From Escherichia coli (GTDB taxonomy: Bacteria > Pseudomonadota > Gammaproteobacteria > Enterobacterales > Enterobacteriaceae), in the NCBI RefSeq assembly GCF_050920415.1, contig NZ_CP169309.1: DNA of 64,000 bases. The stretch is one strand, 5' to 3'. Of this stretch, positions 1-15,695 are shown in pieces (position 1 is the first letter of the stretch; each line of letters opens with the position of its first letter). Both the position numbers and the translations under genes were made by a program. Below the pieces are notes generated by a model. That model had not been told where the DNA came from. It made no database searches and was given only the letters and a program-made list of their open reading frames with translations.

Positions 1-1
1 G

Positions 2-1339
2 GGGGCACTGAAAGCCGCAGGTGGACTGTGGTTTGGCTGGAGTGGCGAAACAGGAAATGAGGATCAGCCACTAAAAAAGGTGAAAAAGGGTAACATTACG
101 TGGGCCTCTTTTAACCTCAGCGAACAGGATCTTGACGAATACTACAACCAATTCTCCAATGCCGTTCTCTGGCCTGCTTTTCATTATCGGCTCGATCTGG
201 TGCAATTTCAGCGTCCTGCCTGGGATGGCTACCTACGCGTAAATGCAATGCTGGCAGATAAATTATTGCCGCTCCTGCAAGACGATGACATTATCTGGAT
301 CCACGATTATCACCTGTTGCCCTTTGCGCATGAATTACGCAAAAGAGGGGTGAATAATCGCATTGGTTTCTTTTTGCATATTCCATTCCCGACGCCGGAA
401 ATCTTCAACGCGCTGCCGACATATGACACCTTGCTTGAACAGCTTTGTGATTATGATTTGCTGGGTTTCCAGACAGAAAACGATCGTCTGGCGTTCCTGG
501 ATTGCCTTTCTAACCTGACCCGTGTCACGACGCGTAGCGCAAAAAGCCATACGGCCTGCGGCAAAGCGTTTCGAACAGAAGTTTACCCGATCGGCATTGA
601 ACCGAAAGAAATAGCGAAACAGGCTGCCGGACCACTGCCGCCAAAACTGGCGCAACTCAAAGCGGAACTGAAAAACGTACAGAACATCTTTTCTGTTGAA
701 CGACTGGATTATTCCAAAGGTCTGCCGGAGCGTTTTCTCGCCTATGAAGCGTTACTGGAAAAATATCCGCAACATCACGGTAAAATTCGTTATACCCAGA
801 TCGCGCCAACGTCGCGTGGTGATGTGCAAGCCTATCAGGATATTCGTCATCAGCTCGAAAATGAAGCCGGACGAATTAATGGTAAATATGGGCAATTAGG
901 CTGGACGCCGCTTTATTATTTGAATCAGCATTTTGACCGTAAATTACTGATGAAAATATTCCGCTACTCTGACGTGGGCTTAGTGACGCCACTGCGTGAC
1001 GGGATGAACCTGGTGGCAAAAGAGTATGTTGCCGCTCAGGATCCGGCCAACCCGGGCGTACTTGTTCTTTCGCAATTTGCGGGAGCGGCAAACGAGTTAA
1101 CGTCGGCGTTAATTGTTAATCCCTACGATCGTGACGAAGTTGCAGCTGCGCTGGATCGTGCATTGACTATGTCGCTGGCGGAACGTATTTCCCGTCATGC
1201 AGAAATGCTGGACGTTATCGTGAAAAACGATATTAACCACTGGCAGGAGTGCTTCATTAGCGACCTAAAGCAGATAGTTCCGCGAAGCGCGGAAAGCCAG
1301 CAGCGCGATAAAGTTGCTACCTTTCCTAAGCTTGCGTAA
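2..1339 (+). CDS. otsA: Trehalose-6-phosphate synthase OtsA, 5' end lies outside the window
   Basis: Open frame from window start; translation matches the E. coli OtsA C-terminal ~445 aa (GGLWFGWSGETGNEDQPLKKVKKGNITWASFNL...); stop at 1337-1339. Confidence 0.93.
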   Translation, partial: GALKAAGGLWFGWSGETGNEDQPLKKVKKGNITWASFNLSEQDLDEYYNQFSNAVLWPAFHYRLDLVQFQRPAWDGYLRVNAMLADKLLPLLQDDDIIWIHDYHLLPFAHELRKRGVNNRIGFFLHIPFPTPEIFNALPTYDTLLEQLCDYDLLGFQTENDRLAFLDCLSNLTRVTTRSAKSHTACGKAFRTEVYPIGIEPKEIAKQAAGPLPPKLAQLKAELKNVQNIFSVERLDYSKGLPERFLAYEALLEKYPQHHGKIRYTQIAPTSRGDVQAYQDIRHQLENEAGRINGKYGQLGWTPLYYLNQHFDRKLLMKIFRYSDVGLVTPLRDGMNLVAKEYVAAQDPANPGVLVLSQFAGAANELTSALIVNPYDRDEVAAALDRALTMSLAERISRHAEMLDVIVKNDINHWQECFISDLKQIVPRSAESQQRDKVATFPKLA

Positions 1340-1345
1340 GTGCGG

Positions 1346-1774
1346 TTAATCTCCCGTAAGTGGAACTAACAGCACATCGACCTCACTTGAGGCAATCACT
1401 CTTTTCGCCGAGCAGGATGCTCGCGAAAAGAAACTGTGATTGTGATTACCGCAAATCACCAAATCGAAATGATGTTTGCGACAAACCTCCAGAATATGTT
1501 CGCTTAACTCACCGTAGGCAATAAACGTCTCGTCAACGGGATACCCCGCATCCTGAATTAACTTATCAAGAAAGCTTTGCGTTTCTTCCTGCATCACGCT
1601 GCGTAAATCTTCAAGCATCGGCGCGGCTAATTGATTGTACATTTCCGGGTCGGAAGCGAGAGTAATTAAACTGATGTGTCCCTTTACTGGCCTGGTGATA
1701 GATACCGCTTTTGCTAGCAGTTGCTGACTTTCCGGTGTAACCGCAACGGCGACAAGAATATTGCTATAGCTCAT
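1346..1774 (-). CDS. uspC: Universal stress protein C
   Basis: 142-aa ORF, MSYSNILVAVAVTPESQQLLAKAV..., Usp fold; position between otsA and flhDC as in E. coli. Confidence 0.9.
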   Translation of the reverse strand: MSYSNILVAVAVTPESQQLLAKAVSITRPVKGHISLITLASDPEMYNQLAAPMLEDLRSVMQEETQSFLDKLIQDAGYPVDETFIAYGELSEHILEVCRKHHFDLVICGNHNHSFFSRASCSAKRVIASSEVDVLLVPLTGD

Positions 1775-2555
1775 AACCTGTTCCTTATTCTGTGAACTTC
1801 AGGTGACATTAAAGCTTTACTCCTAATGGAGAATCGACGCAATCCCAACTCAGTCAAACAGGTAAATATTAGTGTGATTATTAGTAAATACAATTAATCA
1901 ATGACGCCCAGCAATCATATAATTTCAATTGTTATTATAAGGAAAAAATGTACTAATTCCCCTTATTAAACAAATGGGTAATATATATAAAACATTTTGT
2001 TAACATTAAGTGGGTTGTTGCCTGTCTTTGCCTTAAATCAGTTTATTGTGTTGTAAGTGCCTGTTTGTAAATAGATTAACTGATTTTGCATTTGACCAAT
2101 TATTTATAGCAGATGATTATTTACGGTGAGTTATTTTAACTGTGCGAAACATCTCATTTCGATTATTACGGTTTCACTTTTGCTTACCATCGGTGTGAAA
2201 AACTTTTTAACAGATTGAAATACACCCAAAACAAAAGTATGACTTATACATTTATGTTAAGTAATTGAGTATTTTATGTGATCTGCATCACACATTATTG
2301 AAAATCGCAGTACCCCTCCGTTGTATGTGCGTGTAGTGACGAGTACAGTTGCGTCGATTTAGGAAAAATCTTAGATAAGTGTAAAGTACCCCCTCTATTT
2401 GTAAGGACCTATTAAACCCAATAAGGTGGGGCTGTTTTATTGCAGCTTATCGCAACTATTCTAATGCTAATTACTTTTTACCGGGGCTTCCCGGCGACAT
2501 CACGGGGTGCGGTGATACCGCATAAAAATAAAGTTGGTTATTCTGGGTGGGAATA
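1775..2555. promoter_or_regulatory. Long AT-rich flhDC class I promoter / leader region
   Basis: About 780 bp non-coding AT-rich sequence directly upstream of flhD; known heavily regulated region in E. coli; no IS-like ORF present. Confidence 0.7.
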
Positions 2556-2906
2556 ATGCATACCTCCGAGTTGCTGAAACACATTTATGACATCAACTTG
2601 TCATATTTACTACTTGCACAGCGTCTGATTGTTCAGGACAAAGCGTCCGCAATGTTTCGTCTCGGCATAAATGAAGAAATGGCGACAACGTTAGCGGCAC
2701 TGACTCTTCCGCAAATGGTTAAGCTGGCAGAAACCAATCAACTGGTTTGTCACTTTCGTTTTGACAGCCACCAGACGATTACTCAGTTGACGCAAGATTC
2801 CCGCGTTGACGATCTCCAGCAAATTCATACCGGCATCATGCTCTCAACACGCTTGCTGAATGATGTTAATCAGCCTGAAGAAGCGCTGCGCAAGAAAAGG
2901 GCGTGA
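2556..2906 (+). CDS. flhD: Flagellar master regulator FlhD
   Basis: Translation [24 protein letters not shown]... (116 aa from this ATG); the ORF track start at 2547 is 3 codons upstream. Confidence 0.93.
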
Positions 2907-2908
2907 TC

Positions 2909-3487
2909 ATGAGTGAAAAAAGCATTGTTCAGGAAGCGCGGGATATTCAGCTGGCAATGGAATTGATCACACTGGGCGCTCGTTTGCAGATGCTGGAAAG
3001 CGAAACACAGTTAAGTCGCGGACGCCTGATAAAACTCTATAAAGAACTGCGCGGAAGCCCACCGCCGAAAGGCATGCTGCCATTCTCAACCGACTGGTTT
3101 ATGACCTGGGAACAAAACGTTCATGCTTCGATGTTCTGTAACGCATGGCAGTTTTTACTGAAAACCGGCTTGTGTAATGGCGTCGATGCGGTAATCAAAG
3201 CCTACCGTTTATACCTTGAACAGTGCCCGCAAGCAGAAGAAGGACCGCTACTGGCATTAACCCGTGCCTGGACATTGGTACGGTTTGTTGAAAGTGGATT
3301 ACTGCAACTTTCCAGCTGCAACTGCTGCAGCGGCAATTTTATTACCCACGCTCACCAGCCTGTTGGCAGCTTTGCCTGCAGCTTATGTCAGCCGCCATCC
3401 CGGGCAGTAAAAAGACGTAAACTTTCCCAGAATCCTGCCGATATTATCCCACAACTGCTGGATGAACAGAGAGTACAGGCTGTTTAA
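2909..3487 (+). CDS. flhC: Flagellar master regulator FlhC
   Basis: [27 protein letters not shown]..., 192 aa, Cys-rich zinc site; overlaps flhD stop. Confidence 0.93.
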   Translation: MSEKSIVQEARDIQLAMELITLGARLQMLESETQLSRGRLIKLYKELRGSPPPKGMLPFSTDWFMTWEQNVHASMFCNAWQFLLKTGLCNGVDAVIKAYRLYLEQCPQAEEGPLLALTRAWTLVRFVESGLLQLSSCNCCSGNFITHAHQPVGSFACSLCQPPSRAVKRRKLSQNPADIIPQLLDEQRVQAV

Positions 3488-3512
3488 CTGATACGGTGTG
3501 GCGAAACATTCC

Positions 3513-3550
3513 AGCAGCGGTAACGACGTACCGCTGCTTTTTTTGCCTCA
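3513..3550 (+). terminator. Rho-independent terminator after flhC
   Basis: Inverted repeat AGCAGCGGTA...TACCGCTGCT followed by a T7 run. Confidence 0.6.
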
Positions 3551-3612
3551 ATCGCGCGTTAACGTCTGACGACTGAACATCCTGTCATGGTCAACAGTGG
3601 AAGGATGATGTC

Positions 3613-4496
3613 GTGCTTATCTTATTAGGTTACCTGGTTGTTCTCGGTACAGTTTTCGGCGGTTATCTGATGACCGGTGGAAGCCTTGGAGCACTCTATC
3701 AACCCGCTGAACTGGTGATTATTGCCGGTGCAGGGATTGGGTCGTTTATCGTCGGCAATAATGGCAAAGCGATTAAAGGCACGCTGAAGGCGCTGCCGTT
3801 ACTATTTCGTCGCTCCAAATATACCAAAGCAATGTATATGGATCTGCTGGCTCTGCTTTATCGGTTGATGGCGAAATCGCGGCAGATGGGGATGTTTTCG
3901 CTGGAACGCGATATTGAAAATCCCCGTGAGAGCGAGATCTTCGCCAGCTACCCACGCATCCTTGCGGATAGCGTCATGCTTGATTTTATCGTCGATTATC
4001 TGCGCCTGATTATCAGCGGTCACATGAATACCTTCGAAATTGAAGCCCTGATGGATGAAGAGATTGAGACGCACGAAAGCGAAGCAGAAGTCCCGGCGAA
4101 CAGTCTGGCATTGGTCGGGGACTCACTTCCGGCGTTTGGTATTGTCGCGGCTGTGATGGGGGTCGTTCACGCGTTAGGTTCAGCCGATCGTCCTGCCGCC
4201 GAGCTGGGGGCGCTTATCGCACATGCGATGGTGGGGACTTTCCTCGGTATTTTATTGGCTTACGGATTTATTTCCCCATTAGCGAGTGTTTTACGTCAGA
4301 AAAGCGCCGAAACCAGCAAAATGATGCAATGCGTCAAAGTCACACTGCTTTCTAATCTGAACGGTTACGCACCGCCTATCGCCGTTGAGTTTGGTCGCAA
4401 AACGCTCTATTCCAGCGAACGTCCGTCGTTTATTGAACTGGAAGAGCATGTGCGTGCGGTGAAAAATCCGCAACAACAGACGACAACCGAGGAAGC

Positions 4497-4500
<4 letters not shown>
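3613..4500 (+). CDS. motA: Flagellar motor stator protein MotA
   Basis: 295 aa, four TM segments, [20 protein letters not shown]... Confidence 0.95.
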
Positions 4501-7392
<2,892 letters not shown>

Positions 7393-7412
7393 ATGAGTAA
7401 AAAGGTAACAAT

Positions 7413-7916
7413 ATGACCGGTATGACGAATGTAACAAAGCTGGCCAGCGAGCCGTCAGGCCAGGAATTTCTGGTATTTACCCTTGGTGATGAAGAGTACG
7501 GTATTGATATTCTGAAAGTGCAGGAGATCCGTGGCTATGATCAGGTAACACGGATTGCGAACACGCCAGCGTTTATCAAAGGCGTCACGAATCTGCGCGG
7601 TGTTATTGTGCCGATTGTCGACTTACGAATTAAGTTCAGCCAGGTGGATGTGGACTATAACGACAACACGGTAGTTATCGTCCTGAATCTCGGACAGCGG
7701 GTGGTCGGCATCGTGGTTGACGGCGTCTCAGATGTGCTTTCATTGACGGCGGAGCAAATTCGTCCGGCACCGGAATTTGCCGTGACGCTTTCAACAGAAT
7801 ATCTCACTGGACTGGGCGCACTGGGTGACCGCATGTTGATTCTGGTGAACATCGAAAAACTGCTGAACAGTGAAGAGATGGCGCTGTTAGATAGCGCGGC
7901 GTCAGAAGTGGCGTAA
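7413..7916 (+). CDS. cheW: Chemotaxis coupling protein CheW
   Basis: 167 aa, [42 protein letters not shown]... Confidence 0.95.
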
Positions 7917-7948
7917 TTATCCCGATTTCCTCAATTGCAATGAACCCG

Positions 7949-7978
7949 ATGATCTGCGCATCGGGTTTTTTATGTCAA
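7949..7978 (+). terminator. Rho-independent terminator ending the motAB-cheAW operon
   Basis: AACCCGATG...ATCGGGTT hairpin followed by TTTTTTAT. Confidence 0.65.
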
Positions 7979-8060
7979 TTTTGCGGTGGATGGCATCATT
8001 AATAAAGTTTCCCTCCTTCTTGCCGATAACGAGATCAACTTGTTTTCAGGAAGGTGCCTT

Positions 8061-9722
8061 ATGATTAACCGTATCCGCGTAGTCACGCTGTTGGTAATGG
8101 TGCTGGGGGTATTCGCACTGTTACAACTTATTTCCGGCAGTCTGTTTTTTTCCTCCCTTCACCATAGCCAGAAGAGCTTTGTGGTTTCCAATCAATTACG
8201 GGAACAGCAGGGCGAGCTGACGTCAACCTGGGATTTAATGCTGCAAACGCGCATTAACCTGAGTCGATCAGCGGTGCGGATGATGATGGATTCCTCCAAT
8301 CAACAAAGTAACGCCAAAGTTGAATTGCTTGATAGCGCCAGGAAAACATTGGCCCAGGCCGCGACTCATTATAAAAAATTCAAAAGCATGGCACCGTTAC
8401 CTGAAATGGTCGCTACCAGTCGTAATATTGATGAAAAATATAAAAACTATCACACAGCGTTAACTGAACTGATTGATTATCTTGATTATGGCAATACTGG
8501 AGCTTATTTCGCTCAGCCAACCCAGGGAATGCAAAATGCAATGGGCGAAGCGTTTGCTCAGTACGCCCTCAGCAGTGAAAAACTGTATCGCGATATCGTC
8601 ACTGACAACGCAGATGATTATCGATTTGCCCAGTGGCAACTGGCGGTTATCGCGCTGGTGGTGGTAATGATTCTGCTGGTGGCGTGGTACGGCATTCGCC
8701 GTATGTTGCTTACACCCCTGGCAAAAATTATTGCTCATATTCGCGAAATCGCCGGTGGTAACCTGGCGAATACCCTGACCATTGATGGGCGCAGTGAAAT
8801 GGGCGATCTGGCGCAGAGCGTCTCACATATGCAACGCTCTTTGACTGACACCGTCACTCATGTGCGCGAAGGCTCTGATGCCATCTATGCTGGCACCCGT
8901 GAAATTGCGGCGGGCAATACCGATCTTTCTTCCCGTACTGAACAGCAAGCATCCGCGCTGGAAGAAACTGCCGCCAGCATGGAGCAACTCACCGCGACGG
9001 TGAAGCAAAATGCCGATAACGCCCGCCAGGCCTCGCAACTGGCGCAAAGTGCCTCCGACACCGCCCAGCATGGCGGCAAAGTAGTGGATGGCGTAGTGAA
9101 AACGATGCATGAGATCGCCGATAGTTCGAAGAAAATTGCCGACATTATCAGCGTTATCGACGGTATTGCCTTCCAGACTAATATCCTCGCGCTGAATGCC
9201 GCGGTTGAAGCCGCGCGAGCGGGTGAACAAGGCCGTGGTTTTGCCGTGGTGGCGGGCGAAGTGCGTAATCTTGCCAGTCGCAGCGCCCAGGCGGCAAAAG
9301 AGATCAAAGCCCTCATTGAAGACTCCGTCTCGCGCGTTGATACCGGTTCGGTGCTGGTCGAAAGCGCCGGGGAAACAATGAACAATATCGTCAATGCTGT
9401 CACTCGCGTGACTGACATTATGGGCGAGATTGCATCGGCATCGGATGAACAGAGCCGTGGCATCGATCAAGTCGCATTGGCGGTTTCGGAAATGGATCGC
9501 GTCACGCAACAGAACGCATCGCTGGTGCAGGAATCAGCTGCCGCCGCCGCTGCGCTGGAAGAACAGGCCAGTCGTTTAACGCAAGCGGTTTCCGCGTTCC
9601 GTCTGGCAGCCAGCCCACTCACCAATAAACCGCAAACACCATCCCGTCCTGCCAGTGAGCAACCACTGGCACAGCCACGACTGCGAATTGCAGAACAAGA
9701 TCCAAACTGGGAAACATTTTGA
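8061..9722 (+). CDS. tar: Methyl-accepting chemotaxis protein II (aspartate/maltose sensor) Tar
   Basis: [23 protein letters not shown]..., 553 aa; HAMP and MCP signalling domain; C-terminal NWETF pentapeptide. Confidence 0.92.
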   Translation: MINRIRVVTLLVMVLGVFALLQLISGSLFFSSLHHSQKSFVVSNQLREQQGELTSTWDLMLQTRINLSRSAVRMMMDSSNQQSNAKVELLDSARKTLAQAATHYKKFKSMAPLPEMVATSRNIDEKYKNYHTALTELIDYLDYGNTGAYFAQPTQGMQNAMGEAFAQYALSSEKLYRDIVTDNADDYRFAQWQLAVIALVVVMILLVAWYGIRRMLLTPLAKIIAHIREIAGGNLANTLTIDGRSEMGDLAQSVSHMQRSLTDTVTHVREGSDAIYAGTREIAAGNTDLSSRTEQQASALEETAASMEQLTATVKQNADNARQASQLAQSASDTAQHGGKVVDGVVKTMHEIADSSKKIADIISVIDGIAFQTNILALNAAVEAARAGEQGRGFAVVAGEVRNLASRSAQAAKEIKALIEDSVSRVDTGSVLVESAGETMNNIVNAVTRVTDIMGEIASASDEQSRGIDQVALAVSEMDRVTQQNASLVQESAAAAAALEEQASRLTQAVSAFRLAASPLTNKPQTPSRPASEQPLAQPRLRIAEQDPNWETF

Positions 9723-9767
9723 CGAGTATTGACTAACGCGGTCATTGCCGCCTGATGGGGAGCGTTG

Positions 9768-11369
9768 ATGTTTAATCGTATTCGAATTTCGACCACGCTG
9801 TTTTTAATTTTGATTCTCTGCGGGATCTTGCAGATTGGCAGTAACGGCATGTCTTTTTGGGCATTTCGCGATGATTTGCAACGATTGAATCAGGTCGAGC
9901 AGAGCAATCAGCAACGTGCGGCATTAGCGCAAACTCGGGCGGTGATGTTACAGGCCAGCACCGCGCTGAATAAAGCGGGCACTCTGACGGCGCTTAGCTA
10001 TCCGGCAGAGGACATTAAAACGTTGATGACGACGGCGCGCGCCAGTCTGACGCAATCCTCTACGTTATTTAAAAGTTTTATGGCGATGACTGCGGGCAAC
10101 GAGCACGTCAGGGCGTTGCAAAAAGAGACGGAGAAAAGTTTTGCCCGTTGGCACAACGATCTCGAACATCAGGCGACCTGGCTTGAAAGTAATCAACTTT
10201 CGGATTTCCTCACTGCGCCGGTGCAGGAATCACAGAATGCGTTTGACGTTAACTTTGAGGCCTGGCAGCAGGAGATCAACCATGTGCTGGAAGCCGCCAG
10301 TGCGCAAAGCCAGCGTAACTATCAGATTTCGGCGCTAGTGTTTATCAGCATGATTATTGTTGCAGCGCTCTACATCAGCAGTGCGCTGTGGTGGACGCGC
10401 AAGATGATTGTTCAACCACTGGCCATTATCGGTAGCCATTTTGACAGCATTGCTGCGGGTAATCTGGCGCGTCCGATTGCGGTGTATGGTCGCAATGAGA
10501 TCACCGCCATTTTTGCCAGCCTGAAGACCATGCAGCAGGCTTTACGTGGGACGGTGAGTGATGTGCGTAAGGGAAGCCAGGAGATGCACATTGGTATCGC
10601 GGAGATTGTCGCAGGCAATAACGATCTCTCAAGTCGTACCGAACAGCAGGCGGCATCGCTGGCACAAACGGCCGCCAGTATGGAGCAATTAACCGCCACG
10701 GTAGGGCAAAACGCCGATAACGCACGACAGGCGTCGGAACTGGCAAAAAATGCCGCAACAACGGCGCAGTCGGGCGGTGTTCAGGTCAGTACCATGACTC
10801 ACACCATGCAGGAGATCGCCACCAGCTCGCAAAAAATTGGCGACATTATTAGCGTTATCGACGGCATTGCTTTCCAGACCAATATTCTGGCCCTGAATGC
10901 GGCAGTGGAAGCGGCTCGCGCCGGAGAGCAGGGGCGTGGTTTTGCGGTAGTGGCAGGTGAAGTGCGCAATCTTGCCAGCCGTAGCGCCCAGGCAGCAAAA
11001 GAGATCAAAGGGCTGATCGAAGAGTCAGTCAATCGTGTCCAGCAGGGTTCGAAACTGGTGAATAACGCCGCCGGGACCATGACCGATATTGTCAGTTCGG
11101 TGACCCGCGTGAACGACATTATGGGAGAAATTGCCTCGGCGTCGGAAGAACAACGGCGGGGAATTGAGCAGGTTGCACAGGCTGTCAGCCAGATGGATCA
11201 GGTGACTCAGCAGAACGCCTCCCTGGTAGAAGAAGCGGCGGTGGCAACGGAACAACTGGCGAACCAGGCTGACCATCTTTCGTCGCGTGTGGCGGTATTT
11301 ACCCTTGAAGAACATGAAGTAGCACGACATGAGTCGGCGCAGTTACAGATTGCGCCAGTGGTATCCTGA
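9768..11369 (+). CDS. tap: Methyl-accepting chemotaxis protein IV (dipeptide sensor) Tap
   Basis: MFNRIRISTTLFLILILCGILQIG..., 533 aa; paralog of Tar with the same MCP signalling core. Confidence 0.92.
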   Translation: MFNRIRISTTLFLILILCGILQIGSNGMSFWAFRDDLQRLNQVEQSNQQRAALAQTRAVMLQASTALNKAGTLTALSYPAEDIKTLMTTARASLTQSSTLFKSFMAMTAGNEHVRALQKETEKSFARWHNDLEHQATWLESNQLSDFLTAPVQESQNAFDVNFEAWQQEINHVLEAASAQSQRNYQISALVFISMIIVAALYISSALWWTRKMIVQPLAIIGSHFDSIAAGNLARPIAVYGRNEITAIFASLKTMQQALRGTVSDVRKGSQEMHIGIAEIVAGNNDLSSRTEQQAASLAQTAASMEQLTATVGQNADNARQASELAKNAATTAQSGGVQVSTMTHTMQEIATSSQKIGDIISVIDGIAFQTNILALNAAVEAARAGEQGRGFAVVAGEVRNLASRSAQAAKEIKGLIEESVNRVQQGSKLVNNAAGTMTDIVSSVTRVNDIMGEIASASEEQRRGIEQVAQAVSQMDQVTQQNASLVEEAAVATEQLANQADHLSSRVAVFTLEEHEVARHESAQLQIAPVVS

Positions 11370-11387
11370 AGTGATTGAGAAGGCGCT

Positions 11388-12248
11388 ATGACTTCATCTC
11401 TGCCCTGTGGGCAAACGTCTTTATTGTTACAGATGACCGAGCACCTGGCGCTTTCCGACGCGCATTTTCGGCGGATAAGTCAATTGATCTATCAACGAGC
11501 CGGGATCGTCCTGGCCGACCATAAACGCGACATGGTTTACAACCGACTGGTTCGTCGTTTGCGTTCGCTGGGACTGACGGATTTCGGCCATTACTTGAAC
11601 TTGCTGGAATCTAATCAGCACAGCGGTGAGTGGCAGGCATTTATCAATTCGCTGACCACGAATCTGACAGCATTTTTCCGTGAGGCACACCATTTTCCTC
11701 TGCTCGCGGATCATGCCCGGCGTCGTTCTGGCGAGTATCGTGTATGGAGCGCGGCGGCTTCGACCGGCGAAGAACCGTACAGCATTGCGATGACACTGGC
11801 TGACACATTGGGCACCGCGCCCGGACGCTGGAAAGTGTTTGCCAGCGACATTGACACCGAAGTGCTGGAAAAAGCCAGAAGCGGTATTTATCGCCATGAA
11901 GAGTTGAAAAACCTGACGCCGCAGCAACTGCAGCGGTACTTCATGCGGGGGACGGGACCGCATGAAGGATTGGTGCGTGTGCGTCAGGAGCTGGCGAACT
12001 ATGTTGATTTTGCCCCGCTGAATTTACTGGCGAAACAATACACCGTGCCGGGGCCGTTTGATGCAATCTTCTGTCGTAACGTCATGATCTACTTCGATCA
12101 AACTACCCAGCAGGAGATTTTGCGTCGCTTTGTTCCGCTCCTTAAACCCGACGGATTGCTGTTTGCGGGTCACTCTGAAAACTTTAGCCACCTTGAGCGC
12201 CGCTTCACGCTGCGTGGTCAGACGGTGTATGCGCTAAGTAAGGATTAA
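11388..12248 (+). CDS. cheR: Chemotaxis methyltransferase CheR
   Basis: 286 aa; SAM-dependent MTase motifs; [29 protein letters not shown]... Confidence 0.95.
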
Positions 12249-12250
12249 CG

Positions 12251-13704
<1,454 letters not shown>

Positions 13705-13714
13705 GGATGCGACT

Positions 13715-14359
13715 ATGATGCAACCATCAATCAAACCTGCTGACGAGCATTCAGCTGGCGATATCATTGCGCGCATCGGCAGCCTGACGCGTATGTTGCG
13801 CGACAGTTTGCGCGAGCTGGGGCTGGATCAGGCAATTGCCGAAGCGGCGGAAGCCATCCCCGATGCCCGCGATCGTTTGTACTATGTTGTGCAGATGACT
13901 GCCCAGGCTGCAGAGCGGGCGCTGAACAGTGTTGAAGCGTCACAACCACATCAGGATCAAATGGAGAAATCAGCAAAAGCATTAACCCAACGTTGGGATG
14001 ACTGGTTTGCCGATCCGATTGACCTTACCGATGCCCGTGAACTGGTGACAGATACGCGGCAATTTCTGGCAGATGTCCCCGCGCATACCAGCTTTACTAA
14101 CGCGCAACTACTGGAAATCATGATGGCGCAGGATTTTCAGGACCTCACTGGACAGGTCATTAAGCGGATGATGGATGTCATTCAGGAGATCGAACGTCAA
14201 TTGCTGATGGTGCTGTTGGAAAACATCCCGGAACAGGAGTCGCGTCCAAAACGTGAAAACCAGAGTTTGCTTAATGGACCTCAGGTTGATACCAGCAAAG
14301 CCGGTGTGGTAGCCAGTCAGGATCAGGTGGACGATTTGTTGGATAGTCTTGGATTTTGA
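13715..14359 (+). CDS. cheZ: CheY-P phosphatase CheZ
   Basis: [24 protein letters not shown]..., 214 aa from this ATG; the ORF track start is 10 codons upstream. Confidence 0.93.
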   Translation: MMQPSIKPADEHSAGDIIARIGSLTRMLRDSLRELGLDQAIAEAAEAIPDARDRLYYVVQMTAQAAERALNSVEASQPHQDQMEKSAKALTQRWDDWFADPIDLTDARELVTDTRQFLADVPAHTSFTNAQLLEIMMAQDFQDLTGQVIKRMMDVIQEIERQLLMVLLENIPEQESRPKRENQSLLNGPQVDTSKAGVVASQDQVDDLLDSLGF

Positions 14360-14367
14360 TTTGTATT

Positions 14368-14425
14368 GCCTGATGTGGCGTAACCGCGTCATATCAGGCG
14401 ATGACGCCGCATCCGACAAACGCAC
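14368..14425. repeat. REP-like imperfect palindromic element between cheZ and flhB
   Basis: GCCTGATGTGGCG...CGTCATATCAGGCGATGACGCCGCATCCGACA resembles E. coli REP/PU units. Confidence 0.5.
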
Positions 14426-14546
14426 ACCATGCTTGATGTGTGCAGCAAAAGCCCTAAATCCCCCCTGTTTTGCCCCTTACTCAGACCATTGAACGCTTTG
14501 CGCTCTGGCATCATTCACGCTTAATACTCTTTCCAGGATTGGCGAC

Positions 14547-15695
14547 GTGTCTGACGAGAGCGACGACAAAACAGAAGCCCCCACACCCCACCGACTTGAA
14601 AAAGCGCGGGAGGAGGGGCAGATCCCGCGTTCCCGTGAACTGACCTCACTGCTGATTTTGTTGGTGGGCGTCTGTGTTATCTGGTTTGGCGGTGTGTCGC
14701 TGGCCCGTCGATTGTCGGGCATGCTCTCCGCTGGGCTGCATTTTGATCACAGTATTATCAATGACCCGAATCTGATCCTCGGGCAGATTATTCTGCTGAT
14801 CAGAGAAGCCATGTTGGCGCTGCTGCCGCTGATTAGCGGCGTGGTGCTGGTGGCGCTCATTTCTCCGGTCATGCTGGGAGGGCTGGTATTTAGCGGAAAA
14901 TCCTTGCAGCCGAAGTTTTCCAAACTCAACCCGCTACCGGGGATTAAACGGATGTTCTCGGCACAGACTGGCGCGGAGTTGCTTAAAGCGATTTTGAAAA
15001 CCATCCTGGTTGGCAGCGTGACGGGGTTTTATCTCTGGCATCACTGGCCGCAGATGATGCGCTTAATGGCTGAGTCTCCGATTACCGCCATGGGTAATGC
15101 GATGGATCTGGTAGGGCTATGCGCGCTGCTGGTGGTACTTGGTGTTATTCCGATGGTGGGATTTGACGTCTTTTTCCAAATCTTCAGCCACCTGAAAAAG
15201 CTGCGAATGTCGCGGCAGGATATTCGTGATGAGTTCAAACAAAGCGAAGGCGATCCTCATGTTAAAGGGCGGATCCGTCAGATGCAGCGAGCTGCCGCGC
15301 GGCGTCGGATGATGGCCGATGTGCCGAAAGCGGATGTCATTGTCAATAACCCGACCCACTATTCGGTAGCGTTGCAGTATGACGAAAACAAAATGAGCGC
15401 ACCGAAAGTGGTCGCTAAAGGTGCAGGGCTGGTCGCACTGCGCATTCGTGAAATTGGCGCTGAAAATAACGTCCCGACGCTTGAAGCGCCGCCGCTGGCG
15501 CGAGCTCTGTATCGACATGCGGAGATCGGTCAACAAATCCCAGGCCAACTGTACGCCGCGGTGGCGGAGGTGCTGGCCTGGGTCTGGCAACTGAAACGCT
15601 GGCGTCTGGCTGGCGGACAGCGCCCTGTTCAACCTACTCATCTTCCGGTGCCGGAAGCCCTGGATTTTATTAACGAGAAACCGACCCATGAGTAA
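14547..15695 (+). CDS. flhB: Flagellar export apparatus protein FlhB
   Basis: GTG start; 382 aa; NPTH autocleavage motif present (VNNPTHYSVAL). Confidence 0.95.
   Translation: MSDESDDKTEAPTPHRLEKAREEGQIPRSRELTSLLILLVGVCVIWFGGVSLARRLSGMLSAGLHFDHSIINDPNLILGQIILLIREAMLALLPLISGVVLVALISPVMLGGLVFSGKSLQPKFSKLNPLPGIKRMFSAQTGAELLKAILKTILVGSVTGFYLWHHWPQMMRLMAESPITAMGNAMDLVGLCALLVVLGVIPMVGFDVFFQIFSHLKKLRMSRQDIRDEFKQSEGDPHVKGRIRQMQRAAARRRMMADVPKADVIVNNPTHYSVALQYDENKMSAPKVVAKGAGLVALRIREIGAENNVPTLEAPPLARALYRHAEIGQQIPGQLYAAVAEVLAWVWQLKRWRLAGGQRPVQPTHLPVPEALDFINEKPTHE

Noticed and set aside
8823-9509. 228-aa and 192-aa minus-strand ORFs inside tar (and similar ones inside tap at 10412-11330)
   Set aside because: Antisense to the GC-rich, Ala-rich MCP signalling domain, which generates long open frames on the opposite strand; no independent support.
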